Source of the DNA: Selaginella moellendorffii
Taxonomy: Eukaryota; Plantae; Lycopodiophyta
Length of the DNA: 64,000 nucleotides
NCBI RefSeq assembly: GCF_000143415.4
Contig: NW_003314377.1
Coordinates: forward strand, 375,285-439,284
Direction of reading: 5' to 3'
Under the pieces are notes generated by a model. That model was not told where the DNA came from. It worked only from the letters and a program-made list of their open reading frames with translations, and did not search any database. The position numbers were made by a program, and so were the translations under genes. The first letter of the stretch is position 1; each line of letters opens with the position of its first letter. This document shows positions 24,950 to 38,600 of the stretch, piece by piece.

Positions 24950-25620
24950 AACCAGCAATATCACAAACCTTGTCAAAGTTACAGCCTGGGTTGCAATAGA
25001 AACTTGCAAAGGAATCTCCACAGCAGTAGGAGCTTTGTGATCTTCTGCGGGTGTGAATCTCATCAGTCTAGCCATGGACCAAAACTCCACATTTCGGCCA
25101 TCCAACAAAGCCTTTAGCGCGTGGCCATACAAATGAACAAACCATGGTATTATCTGGAGGATCATAATGTCAACGTAGTCGACTGCCTTGATACCTAAAG
25201 AGTAACAGTTTCGAGAAGAACCATCATTTGCTCGAAACGAAATGATGATGGATCCCCTTGCATTCCCGCTGCCAGCCAAATACCGGCTTGTGTAGAACCG
25301 AGACCAATCCACCCGGGCTCTCCAAGTGACTACAAGATCAAGCTCGCTGTTCATGCCAGCTTCATACTCAAGTAAAAGAGAGCCTGAAGAGGAGGCAAGC
25401 ACCTGACTTGGAGCAGAGCTGACTATTGTCCATGAAGTTGATGCCTATTTCTTCACTGAGATCTCTAGCCAAGTGCTTCGCCAAGCTCTCCTCCAGCTCT
25501 AGATAGACACTACTTGTAGTTGCAAGCGGGCACTTGCCTTCCAGCTTTGAGCCAAACATCCTGGAGAGTGTCCAGCCTTGCAGCTTGGATGACAGATCTT
25601 CTGAAACTGCTAGCTTTTGC
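24950..25620 (-). pseudogene. PIGT: PIG-T/Gpi16 fragments (copy 2, more diverged)
   Basis: WTLSRMFGSKLEGKCPLATTSSVYLELE; SRYLAGSGNARGSIIISF; LQIIPWFVHLYGHAL. Confidence 0.7.
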
Positions 25621-25669
25621 AAAACAACTGTCAAGGTTAACATCCAATTTTGAATATTAAGGCTATTGG

Positions 25670-28050
25670 GATGAAAAAAAATTTAATCAACTTATACAAA
25701 AATAACAAGATCGTTAGTATTACTACATTTTTATAGTATCCATTGCAATGACAAAAATCCATAGTTCATACCTATCACTATATATCATTAGTATTAGCTA
25801 TGATTTGTATTTGATTCATTTATTTTTTAAAATTACACCTTATAAATCTTTATCATTTATATGTATTTTCTTAACAATGTAGGTATCATGCATAGTGAAA
25901 TCATTGTAGAGAAATAGTTTATGTTTTTCTTAGAAAAACTTGCAAGGTGGTGAGTGACTTTACCTAATGTAATCTATAAATCATGTAATTTTATTTTGAA
26001 ATCACAACTTTGGGAATATTGTCTCATATGCAAGTTTGTCTTCAAATCAAAGTAACTAATGCAGTAGCAAAACATTAGCACATTAGATGAGTTGCAATGA
26101 TTGGCTACTATAGTTTTCACTTCTAGTTCTATCATTACCTAATCACTAAAGGATTAGAATTTCTTTACCACAAATTAGGCCATCATGAAAAGCACTCTAA
26201 AGAAAGTGTTATACATTGTCATATTCCTTTAGCTGGTTTTTGTAATACAAACATAGAAATGTACAACAAATTTAATAAAGATTTTATATGTGCTACAATG
26301 ACACAAGATATGAATCTTCCCTTTTCCTTTGAGACCATTGATAAGTTTCATATGCTACTAAGTTATTTCTCATAAAAGCAAGAACAACAATATGGTTAAA
26401 GTTTTCAAAGTTTCTTCTTCTGTTAGTTATTTTGAATTTAGTGCTGAGAATTCCATAGAATATATATATGGATGTACTAGTTATTAATTTACAAGGATTA
26501 AGTTCAAAGCAAAGGGAGTCTTTGGCTACAAAATACACTAGCAATGCAAAGGTGTGCAATCTTAAAGTAGTGGCACAAATTCCACATTTGCAATTATAAG
26601 GATGAACACAATCCTAATGAAACACTTGCAAGGTGTGGAGATTCTAGAACTCTATTGTCTCCATTAAAAATTTAAATTTTTTGTACCAACTAACAAAGAA
26701 TAATATATACTAAGCAAATGTATCTACCACCTTGTTAATAAAGATAAAATAGAACTAGGCTATGTGAGTTTTCTAGGAAAAGTGATTCCATATCAAGGAT
26801 TGTGCCAAATTCCTAAAATTTGCTGCCTTTGTTTTTAAAGTGCTAATCCTTTGTTCTAACTTTTTAAATTAATTATAATGAACAAAACATTTATTACATG
26901 GATTGCCCATGGAAATGCATAATTTTATATTGGGACTAGAGTTATATTTCACCAATGAGCATGATGAGATCCAAATTGCAATATCCCTTGTGTATTGAAA
27001 ATTACAAATGAAAGGTTTAACTTACCTCGATTGCAATTTAGTGGGTGCTAGTTGAAACTAGCAAGGATCTGAGCTCTACTAAGAAAAGTAGAATTGCAAA
27101 GTTTTAGATGATATTTATTTAGGTTATATGATATTAATACTATTGAAAGTTAAATAGTAAATGGAAACTGTAAGTCAGTTTTTATGAAAATGGAGCAATG
27201 CATAATTGAATTGTATCATAGAAAGTATCTGTAAGAGAAATAAATTCACCAATTATGAATATGGAATCTGTTGGTAAAGAAAGAAATTTTAATCAACTTA
27301 TGGAACAATAAAAAGATCCTGTTATTATTACTACATGTTTTATACTATTCATTGCAATGACAAAAATCCATAGTTTATAATTATTAGCTATGATTAGTAT
27401 TTGATTAAAAAATTTGAAAAATCACATCTTATAAATCTTTATCATTTCTACATATTTTTTTTAACAATGTAGATATCTAATATAGTGAAATTATCCTAGA
27501 GAAATAATTTATGTTTTTCTTAGAAAAATTTGCAAGCTGGTGAGTGATTTTACCTATGTAATTTATATATCATGTCATCTTATTTTGAAAGCCAATTTGT
27601 CTGAAATATTGTCTCATATGTGATAAACTTGTCTTTAAATCAAAGTAAACTAATGCACTAGCAAAACATTTGGATGAGTTTCAATCATTGGATAATGTAG
27701 TCTTCACTTCCAGTTCTACTGTTATCTAATCACCAAATTAGAATTTATTGATCACAAATCAGGCCATCACTACTAAAAACACTTTAAAGAAAGCATTATA
27801 AATTATCATCTTCTTTTTGCAATACAAACATAGGAATATAAAATAAATGCAATAAAGATTTTATATGTGCTACAAGGATATAAGATATAGTTGTTCTCTT
27901 TTCTTTTGACAGTATTTATAAATGTGCTACTAAATTGTTTCTAAAATAGGTAAGAACAACTACATGCTTAAAGTTTTCAAAGTTTCTCTTGCTATTAGCT
28001 ATCTTATTTTAGTGTTGAGAAGTCCATAAAATATATCCATATATACTAGT
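25670..28050. repeat. Diverged AT-rich direct duplication (~25670-26480 vs ~27280-28050)
   Basis: Shared blocks in the same order, e.g. ttaatcaacttat, cattgcaatgacaaaaatccatagtt, ttatgtttttcttagaaaaa, aataaagattttatatgtgctacaa. Confidence 0.8.
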
Positions 28051-30445
28051 TATGGGGATGGTCCAAAGTTGAGTTGAGCTCAATTCAACACAAGTCAACT
28101 CAAGTCAACATAATCAATTAGAAGTCTTACAAAGGAAATATAAATTGAACAAATGAAAGTTCTAACAAACTTTAAAATATTTAAATACGTAAATATTTGA
28201 GTTAAAAGTTTCTATAAGATTGAATTGTTTAAAAAAAAAAAAGTTCACAAGAATCTATCTTTTATAAAGCTATATTATTTTATTATGACTATTGTTACAG
28301 TTGTTATATTTTGATTTGACTACTTAATATTTTGAATATTTTTATAGTTGTAGATACTATTCCTTCATTCAAAAGATTTTTGAGGGTTCTTGAGAAGATG
28401 GGAAGCAAGGAAAATACAAGATGTGTGAGTAACAATTGTAGTGCAAAAGAATGTGAGAATGCTAATTTTGTTTCATTACCACAATCTCCATATTACACTC
28501 CTATTCGTTTTTACGTTTTTATTACCCATTTGAAAATGTGGAGACCACTATCATGGTTGATAAAAATGCTTCTGTTACTTTTGAAACAACAGTTCAGAGT
28601 AAATGAAATGAAGAAATGAACAGCACGGTGGAAAGCACCAAGAAATCTACTCCATAACACTTTCCATGACATTTGTAATTTAAAAATTAATTCATATTAA
28701 AAACTGTGTTTCCTGCTTATATCACAATCCTCTCATATGATAAGACCAAGATATATTTTTGTAGTGAATCCTCATTAAAAGTTTTCGCAAGTTTTTTGTG
28801 AATAATAATAAAAGAAATTGAAATCTTTCGAAAGACTCAAAAGTAATATCACATCAAAGAATCAACTTTATCTACATTTCCAAGACTGAAAAGCAATCTC
28901 ACATAAGGGAATGGTAGCGTGCCAATGTGCTCTGCCACTATAATGTGTTCTATATTTCCCTACAGTCTATTTCTCTAAACATTTGGCATGCATAGAAAAG
29001 AATATATGTGTAGTAAAGTAGGATTTCATTATAATGATAAAGCATGTGTATATATGATAATCTAAAATTCTAGAAGCTCTTATATTTATAAGCAAGCTAT
29101 GATTATGAAGCCCCATTTCCAAAACTGACATTTAAAGAATCTGAGTATCGTCAGTGTTATAATAAATAAACCTTATTCCCGAGACTAAAACTTAGTATAT
29201 AAACTATCTAGAAAAGTTATAGTCATTATAGTTTTTTTTGTTCTCCTTGAGCTCCTTGGAAGTTTGTATTGAAATGGCTCAAAGGAAAGTCACTGCTACT
29301 TGTACTTAGCCCCCCAACATTTTATATTAATCTCCACCTCCATCCCCAAGTTCTACCAACATTCTACCTTCACCTCCATATAATAATCCTTTTTCTACTG
29401 AGGGCTTTAGTGAAGTTGAACTAGAGCTCCTTATATATGAAATTCTGAATCTTATTATTAGATAGGGATTGCCTCCAATGCTTCAAAAGCAATGCTACAT
29501 GTTCTTGCTCCTGACATAGCGGGACTACTTGAAAGCACAAAACATTATTACATTCGGTGTCTAATATGCTACTTTTTCTTAGACAAGTGGCTTTATGGGT
29601 TTACAAACTTTTCTTGAGCACTGTAAGAATTGCCCAATGGCGGGTTTGGAAAATGTGCATGTGTGGATGTACAATAGATTCAAGAATGAGTTACAGACAT
29701 ATATATTTTCTCACCTTCACTTATAGTTTCCATGATGTAGATAGCCCTTCTCATCATGTTCTCAAATAATTCTGGTAGTCCTTTCTCTTTGTTCATCAAG
29801 CAGACATTAAGGAAATCCAGAGTTTCTATCTGTCGCTTATACGAAAGCTTCAATTTTGCGATATTATAAATTATATCATCTGGAGTTTTGTTCACTACAA
29901 AAGTAAATATGCATAATTGAGAAAAATGAAGTGTGATAAAAAAACTTACATTCATGAGAAGAAATTTCAGCTATAGTCTCTAGCCACTCCTTCGGCCTAC
30001 GATTGTCTGCAATGTATCTTAGTTTCTTCAACTTTGAAAAATTTGCATGCTGAATTTTATGCTCAATTTGTACGAACTCAGTTGAGAGCTCTTCCCGACT
30101 CTTCTCCCGATATACAAGTTCATAAGCATCTTATTTGACCTTCACCAAAGGTTAAAAACCAAAACAATTAAAAGAAGCCCTTATAAAATGAAAGGGAAAG
30201 ACATACTTTGCACTATATAGTGAGCATAAAACTAATTGAGTTGTTGAACAAAGTTGTACCGTCATTTCAAGTGCGTGAGTGATGAACAAGTGTTGCAAGA
30301 TCATCATCATAATGTTCGCAGATGTCATCCTCACTCAAGTCTGCTAAAAATTGAAGTTGCTCGATGTCATGGATAAAGTTTTATTTTTGAACAGCAAACT
30401 GCCCAAGCCTGGATTTAAACACAACAAAACAAGTTAAAGTGGAGT

Positions 30446-31614
30446 TATGTTAAACATAAAATCCTTAGGCCCCAAAGTGGGTGCCATGTGGTAGTGGCCG
30501 AAATGAAAGCCAAATGAGCGTAACATGTTTGGACTAAAAGCTCCGACTTGAAAAGTTGAGAGCGAGAGTGGAACTCCTAAACAAAGGGCTCGAGGAACGA
30601 GCACGAAGCAAGCAGTAAGTGAGTCTCTAGAGAAGGGACACAAAAGGACCAACACATGATATATGGAAGACTCGAGACAGAGTCTAAGATGGAGTTCGAA
30701 ATGGACTTGAGATGGAGTCCAAGATGGAGTCTGAGATGGACCTGAGATGGAGTCTGAGATGGAACCGAGACCGAGACCGAGACCGAGTCCAAGTCTAAGT
30801 CCGAGATTGAGACCGAGTCCGAGTTCAAGTCCGAGTTCAAGTCCCAGTCCGAGTCCAAATACTAATATAGGTTGTTGGGTGAAAGCCCAAAGCGATTGTC
30901 CCCTAGGGGGGGGGGGCTACAAGGAGAGTGTGGGGGTTAAACCCTAGTGGAGCCAGTTTGGCTAGGAAAGGTTAATTTGGCCCAGGAAGGCTGTACCCAA
31001 GTATTGGGTGATGAGATAACCATTGGGAAGTCCAAGGCTAAAGTGAATATGAACTAACAAGCGAGGTAGCTTGGTGAAGTATTCAAAAGTCGACTCTAGT
31101 TTCCCCGAGAGATCGAATGGTCAATGCTCCCAATCCAAGTATGGGTGGCATTACCTACTTGGATACCTAGCGTGGCTCAATGAAACCTCGCTCTAAACCC
31201 ATGGCTAAAACACCCAAAGGCTGTAAAAGGGATATTGGGAAGGCTATTCCCCATGTTTGTGGGCATTCTAAGGATGCTGAATCTAAGATGATCACTCATG
31301 GATGGATGCCCCAGTCTTTGAGAGACAGGACTGTGATGTAGGTGGTGTTGGACCACTGGTGTCACCAAGGTGAATGGGTATGGCCTTAGAGTAATGGGTT
31401 GATATGTCAATGATACTTTGGGGCGTCGGTCATGGGATCAGACACATGGAGCACTTGGACCCAGTGCAATGGTTGAGTGGCATAGATGCCATTCTCGGGG
31501 CTAGCAAGCCCCACATCCTAAATTGGACTTATAGAGGTTGTGAATGAGACTCCTCCAAGTGGTCAGAGGTGTGGTTAAGTGACTAAAGTAGAATAAAAAA
31601 ATTAGTCATTTACA
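30446..31614 (+). mobile_element. Decayed, internally deleted LTR of family C
   Basis: Similar to 63325-64000 and 56701-57653; includes the GAGATGGAGTCC repeat; ends TTTACA. Confidence 0.8.
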
Positions 31615-31699
31615 AGTTGGAGGTAAAATTATAAAACTTACGCATTGATCTTTTGGTAGGACAAGATAAATCTGTTGACATCCAAAGGTCCCCTTGCAT

Positions 31700-32618
31700 A
31701 GACATGCCGACTGGAACGTTGATATGGTAGATGGGATCATTGAGAAAATGATCTTTGATACACTTCATCCAAGCCTTATATTAGTGGTTACTATCAATAG
31801 TTTGGAATATTGTCCTCACAAGTTGTTGAGCCTTAGGATGTCTGATAAGCATGTTATCAAATTTCAGGGATTTCCTCCTCTAAATAGGATCCTAGCTATT
31901 CACAATCTAACTGTGTGATAGTAATGATCTCCATTGTTCCTAACTTGCAAATCGAGACTAGAAACATACTGATATTTATCGCATGGCCATTCTGTTTGAA
32001 CAAACTGTATATATTCGAATTGACATACTTTGATGTAGTGCGAACAAAGTTCGTCTGCTGCAAACGACAAAGGGGGATCTCTTTGATCAAGTCACAAGGG
32101 CCTAGCCACTTGAGCGCCTCAAGTATTTGGTGAACTGCTTTTTCCCTTGTTTGCATAACAATCTCTTGGAAGTGCTTGTCCACCACGTTGTTAGGAAGGT
32201 CTACAACTCTTTCAGCTCCAAGTTGTACTTTAGGTTCCCTATTGTGAACACCACTAGATTGCCCAACTTCAGGGATTTGTGCTGGTGGTGGGCTAGTGAG
32301 GAGTAAAGTGGAGGTAGTAATGGTGATGGTGGGGGTTGGTGGTGGTGGTGGTGGAGGTGGAGGCAATAGTGGCAGTGGTGGTAACAATGGCGATGATGGA
32401 GGTGGTGATGGTGGTGGTGGAAGTGGCAATGGCGATGGTGGAGGTGGTGATGGTGGAGGTGATGGTGGTGGAGGCGGTGGATCTCTAAGTAAATGTGTTT
32501 TCATTAATGTGCCAATAGATATGTCGATCGTGATGTTGTCAGCAGTGTTGAATTGAACTTTTCGTGTCTTCTTGGCTCCAACAACCTTTTTGTGTGGTAC
32601 AATTTTTCTTTTTTGCAA
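31700..32618 (-). pseudogene. Decayed Pro-rich protein gene with a ParB/Srx-like segment, probably TE cargo
   Basis: Poly-Pro tract, then IKEIPLCRLQQTNFVR...LFKQNG, and in another frame IDSNH*YKAW at ~31769-31798, resembling the ParB-like DGNHR..A motif. Confidence 0.4.
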
Positions 32619-32711
32619 GAGGAAAAATTTTGTTAGTCAAACTAAATTAAGATAATAAGAAATTCAAATAGTCAAAGAGAAAAAAAAACTCAAGTGGGCC
32701 CAAACCTCACC

Positions 32712-33130
32712 TCAAGCACTTTGGCCACCCGAGGTGGCCGGCCTGGGCTCATCCTCAAGCACTTTGGCTGCCCAAGGGGCTGAGGTTGTTTGAATAACCT
32801 TAGCCCCTTGGGCAACCAAAGTGCCCAAAGTGGCTAGCTTGGGGTTGACCTCAGGCACTTTGGCTGCTCGACAGGCCGAGGTTATTTGAATAACCTTAGC
32901 CCCTTGGGCAGCCAAAGTGCCCGAAGTGGCCAACCTGGGCTTGACCTCAGGCACTTTGGCTGCTTGACAGGCCGAGGTTATTTGAATAACCTCAGCCCCT
33001 CGGGCAGCCAAAGTGCCCGAGGTGGCTGGCCCAGGCTCAACCTCAAGCACTTTGGTTGTCCGAGGGGCTAAGGTAATTCAAATAACCTCGGCCCCTCGGG
33101 TGACCAAAGTGCTCGAGGTGGCTGGCCCTG
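32712..33130. repeat. 96-bp tandem repeat (~4.3 units), each with a ~65-bp imperfect palindrome
   Basis: GCACTTTGGCTGCCCAAGGGGCTGAGGTT.TTTGAATAACCT.AGCCCCTTGGGCA.CCAAAGTGC recurring at ~32759, 32855, 32951, 33047. Confidence 0.85.
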
Positions 33131-34904
33131 AAGAAACAATCAAGAAAGAAGCAAAAATAAAGAAATAGAAGTGAAAGCAATCAAATCAAAACTCACCCTT
33201 GGTGGCATCTTTCCCTCCCGATATCTCGATCATGCTAGATTTCTCACACTCTCTCACTCTCAATCTCAACTCGTGTTCATACTGGTGCGCTCCATCTCTT
33301 GCACTCTCCCGCACTCAATCTCTCGCACTCGTGCGCTCCACGCTCAATCTCTCAATCTCCTGTGTGCTCAATCACTCGATCTATTGCATGCTCAATCCCT
33401 CGATCTCCTTCCCACTCAATCCCTCGATCTCTTGTGCGCTCCACTTATGGTGCAATGGCAGCTACCCTAATCCTAATCATGATAGCTGCCCTAACCCTAA
33501 CCAATCTTTCATCCCAGCTGTTCATTCCAAATAACCTAAATCTCAACCATCACAATATCTTCGATCTTATTTTATCTTATCATTATTATTATATGTGAAT
33601 TATGCTTTTTTATTTTGTATATTTTAATGATGATATAACTAGCACCTATCAACATTTCTATTATTAGAGATATGATTTTTTTTTACAAATTATCTACAAA
33701 GGATGCATTCTCATCAATATTTTGTACATATTTTGGAATCGTTACAAGAACTTTAAAGAGTATAAATAAGGCACATTAAAATATGTTGTACGATATCCAT
33801 CTATGAATGGATGAATCCTCATCCAGAAATTTATTTTATGTTGTATTAGATCCTAAACAATAGGCACGTGCTTTAAATGTCATTGAGTAGTGTTCACAAT
33901 TATGGATAAAACTTGAGTTGTACTACGAATCAAATCTGTCATTGAAAAATAAGATTTAACAAGATTTATTATCATCTACCACTTAAAATTTGACAACTTG
34001 ACATATCATGTATACTGACAGTCAAATTAGATCTCTTGGTTTGACATGCTATAGCAAAATATCATGACTAGTATCATTATTAACTATCAAACTTCACGTC
34101 TTGAAAATCCTTCCTTGGATCTATGTGTATAACATGCATCAGATATCATAATAGATAACAGTAATATTAATATTGTCACACTTGCACATGTTAAATTTGC
34201 TATAGAATTTAAATTCATTTTGTACATTGTTGATATTTTTCTTATTGCTTTATTTAAATTTCAATTATGTTTCACTATAGATTTTTACAAGTAGCATAAA
34301 GAGAGAAAACTCTAAAATCTATTAAAAAGGATGGAGAGGTTTCTTCTTCATTTTCGAGATCACCCACCTCTTTCATTCTCTTAGAATATTATTTCTAAAA
34401 GTTTGTTATGTCAACATTTTAATCTTTGTCTTGGCTCTATTTCTTTAAAGGTTGTGATTCACAATAGCACCAGTATAGTTGCATATTCAGAGTTTCTTCT
34501 TTTGGGTGTAAGTAAGGGTGGATAACAATAGGATTTACAGAATTCTAAGTTAAAGGAGATTCAAATTTTTGGATCTTCAATCAAAGTGCCCAAATGTGCT
34601 CTAGCTAAAGTGAATGTGAAGCAAAAGTTAGTCATTATTCTCTCGTCCTCTTTTAGTTCAAGTGGAGAAGTCATGTTAGTGTCAGCGCCGAATTCACTTG
34701 ACGTGCACTTATTTTTGTATAGGCTTGTGAGCGAATTTCTATCCTTCTATAACAATATTTTCTTCGCGCTACCACCTCTTGTCAACAGCACCGGCTCCAA
34801 ATGGAAGGGGATAGAAACCAAATAGTATATCCACAATTGGTGCAATATCAAGACCACACATTTTCAACATTTTGAAGGCACAATGTTTACTTGCCAAATA
34901 AGAG

Positions 34905-37900
34905 GAATCTTTGCATAGGATCAATAAACCTCCTTAAATGGAATGATCTAAAAAGAAACAGTTGAATTAGGCTATAAAATCTCAAATTCACAAATACTAA
35001 AACTAACAACATATATTTGACTAAGACGTACACCATCTATAAGTATATATTTCTTGGCTCACCTTTTAATAGGACAATGTACTCAACAATTTTGAATGCT
35101 AAGAAATTTTGTAAATTTTGTTCAATTGATAAACTTGCCTATACTAGTACCAAAATTCTATGAGGCTAAAGGTGTTAATTCTATTCTCATTGAGCTTAAT
35201 AAATGGCACTATACACATGTCCCAGAAATACAAGAACTATGAGAAGCCTTGCTGATACTAGTGTTCAATTTTCTGGAGATCAACACAATATTACTTTTTA
35301 TCTTGATGTGGTCAAAGTGATGCCCATGCTATTTTAGTGCCTCTCCTTGTCAAAGAATCTAAGATGCACTGGTTCTAGCATAAAAAATATGGAAGTAGAA
35401 ATGTCGCATACACTTTGAGATTGCTTGCTGATCCTCTATCCCACCTCTTATTGGTTATGGACAAGATCAGGCTTTTTTCACATTAAAGCCTTCCTTTCTT
35501 AATAATGTTATGAAAGATCAGTAGTCCAGTGGTGCCTTGGTTCGAGCTATGCAAAAGAATATTTGTGATAGTTACTCATTTTATACCCTAGATAGCAATT
35601 GAAAGTTCGTGGCATTTGGTGCGGTGACAACTGGGACGCTTCCAGACAGAACAGAAAGTGGTAGTTCTGCACCATCAAGCTCCTGCTGCTCTCACTAGCA
35701 ATAATCAAGAGGCACGAGAGATTTAGTTCTCCTGTGGCAGATCAATGCGGGGGTGATCCTAGGGAACTGTAATCACCCCTTTGGCGCTTGTCAAAAGCCT
35801 CGACCACGCTCTGACAGTGAGGGTGGCGTCCTCCTTCGCATAAACCTTTCATGTAGACACCATGGAAGTCTGGCTAGTAAATATCCTTGATGCGTCTCAA
35901 GAATCGGGGTGATTTTTGGGTGCTAAAATCGGGAGGAGTATCAAGCTCGGGCAGGACGGCAGTCTCTCCGAGAAAAAGCGGGCTTGTTTGATTCCCCCAA
36001 ACCCACCAGGCACATGGAGAACTTCGTCCACTTGAGCTGCCTGAGGATGGAATTGCCTGTTCGTGACAGGAATGGATGGTGAATGTGTGGCGTCGATGCT
36101 CCAAGCACAGCCCTGAACCTGGAAAGATCACACCGAAAGCTTACAAAGTCTACTTCTCTGGAAGTTCATACCTCTCAACCTTGGTCCCTGAAAACGTATC
36201 CCGCCGCCAGGGCGCCAAACACAAGGTCAGCGTCGAGAAAGCTACACTGCGAGGAGGAGGAGGAGCGACTGCGATCGATCATGTCTTGTCAATGGAATCA
36301 GACGAGACAAGAGAATCAGCTGCCAGGGCTGGAGCCGCCGCTGCGCCGATAGGCCAGGAAATGGATTATCACAGCCGCCGCAGTCTCCAGCTTGCCCACG
36401 TCAATCTGCGCAACTCCAGCGTCGCGATGCCAGAGCATCCGCATTGATGATCGACGATGATTCAGTATTTGGTATTTACAAATATCGGGAAGAGAATCGA
36501 ACCCGAAACGTTTGTTTTGGGAGACCGATGTCCTAAATGACTGGTCTAAGCTGTTTTTGTGAGCCGGCGAACCAGAATAATGGCTCCTTATTTAGGAAAA
36601 TTTTTGCATAAAAGTCCTTGTTGAGTGGACCCTTCGGCATCGAACCCGGGTCTTCTACAACGGTTTACCTCTACACTTACCTGATAGCCATCATCTCGGC
36701 AACCGGGTTCCCGTAATAATAAAATCATACCATGTACTTGAACCATATGACAGGGGTCTTTGCGAAATCCATGGCGTTTTTGTTAGATCGCCCACCAGAC
36801 GAGATTATTCCCCGCATTCGTGCTGCTCGGCGTTTCGTCCTTGGCAAAGCCCCCTCTTGGGTTCTGAATCGATCATCGTGGTAATGGATCGTCAAGAGTT
36901 ATGGCCTGGGTTGCAATAGAAACTCGCAGAGCAATCTCCACAGCCGCAGGAGCTTTGCGATCTTCTGCTGGTGTGAATCTCATCAGTCCCAAAACTCCAC
37001 GTTTCGGCAATCCAACGAAACCTGTAGCGTGTGGCCATTCAAACGAGCATACCTCGGTATCATCCTCGGCTGCCTCGATGCCTGGAGAGTAACAGTCCCG
37101 GGAAGAACCATCATTTGCCCGAAACGAAATCACGATGGATCCCCTTGCATTCCCGCTGCCAGCCAAGTACCAGCTTGTGTAGAACTGAGCCCGAGCCGGA
37201 GACCAATCCACCGGGGCTGTCCAAGTGATGCCGAGATCAAGCTCGCTGTGTGTGCCAGCAAAAGAGAGCCTGAGGAGGACACAAACACCCGACTTGGAGC
37301 AGGGCTGAGACTGAAAACACGACTGTCCGCGAAGTTGATGCCTGTTTCTTCGCTGAGATCTCCAGCCAAGTGCTTCGCCAAGCTCTCCTCCAGCTCCAGA
37401 TAGACACTACTTGTAGTTGCAAGCGGGCACTTGCCTACCAGCTTTGAGCCAAACATGCTGGAGAGTCTCCAGTCTTGCAGCTTTCGGAAAACAACCTGCT
37501 CCAATGTCGTGCCTTCTTCGTCCCGATCGAAGTCACCGGAAGTGATAAGCAGCCTCTGGGAATGGTACATACCACTGTAAATCGTCTGCCTGTCCAGGAG
37601 CGTCGTGAGCCCAGCCTTGTCTCTACATGGGAGAAGCGTGAGCCATGGCGTGAGCCGTGGCGTTCTACAGAGTGCTTCTCTCGGGAGTGCTCGCTCTTGC
37701 TCCATTTCTTTCCTTTCACCACCCTCTTCATGCCAGGAGCGTCGAAAGCTCCTCCTCCTCCTGTCCGGTTTGCCTCGGGCCTCGACGAGAACCAATTCGA
37801 GGAAGTTGATCGATGCGCAAAAGAGGCCCGAGAGAGCAGCTCGCCGCCAAGCCAGTGGGAGTGGAGCTCACGGCATTTCCAGAGGTGGACGTCGACGTCC

Positions 37901-38600
37901 AGCCAACGACGTGGGCTGCGCGATCGGATCGCCCACGCCCCAGCGCTCGTTGTTCCATCGCCCTTGCCATTTCTTTGATTCGAAACTTCCGGACCTGTTC
38001 CAAGCGATTCTTTCATCATCGTTTCGGGATTTGAGGACTTACGAGCTGGAAGATCGACAAAAGAAAGGGCAAAAGGAGGATAGGGTTCGATTTTACCTCT
38101 CAAAAGCTTGGAGTAAGAGTTCGCACCCTTGGAGGCATGGAGGGCAATGAGATCACTCTTCTGAAGGCCATGGGTGTTTGCACTGTGCTGGGAGATTCTC
38201 TCCAAGGGCAAGTAAATCTGTGCTTGAATTCTTTCTAGTAGTTGAGTTTATATGTATGGAAAGTGTGGGCTCATTGAGATGCATTTGATTGAGCAGGATG
38301 AAACACGATGATCAGTGTGTACGTGTTGCATGAGTGTGGTAAGCAAGCAATCCACCTCTATGCATACTTATGTCTAGAAGGGACAAAATGGGTTGATGTT
38401 TTGCCAGGTAGCAATTTTGTCTCTACCCAGGTTGTTCTTATTAGCATGTATATTGAGTGCAATAGTCTTGAAGTTCAAGTATCTTTTAGTGGAGTTTTGA
38501 GCCTTGGACAATTGTCATTTAGCACATATAGTTGGCATGGAAAGTTGCAATATACATTTGTGATAGAGCAAAATGCACTAGGAAGGCTTGAGATAAAAAT
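34905..38600 (-). repeat. Right arm of the inverted duplication (partner ~10535-14070)
   Basis: Reverse complement of the left arm; retains a ~0.47 kb segment (~37430-37900) absent from the left arm. Confidence 0.9.
36890..38010 (-). pseudogene. PIGT: PIG-T/Gpi16 fragments (copy 3, most complete)
   Basis: QVRKFRIKEM, QGRWNNERWG, LSGLFCASINFLE, LPREALC...LTPWLTLLPCRDKAGLTTLLDRQTIYSGMYHSQRL, WRLSSMFGSKLVGKCPLA; frameshifted and deleted. Confidence 0.8.

Noticed and set aside
28900-30400. Possible decayed transposase/SWIM remnant
   Set aside because: Only scattered Cys/His patterns; no supportable alignment
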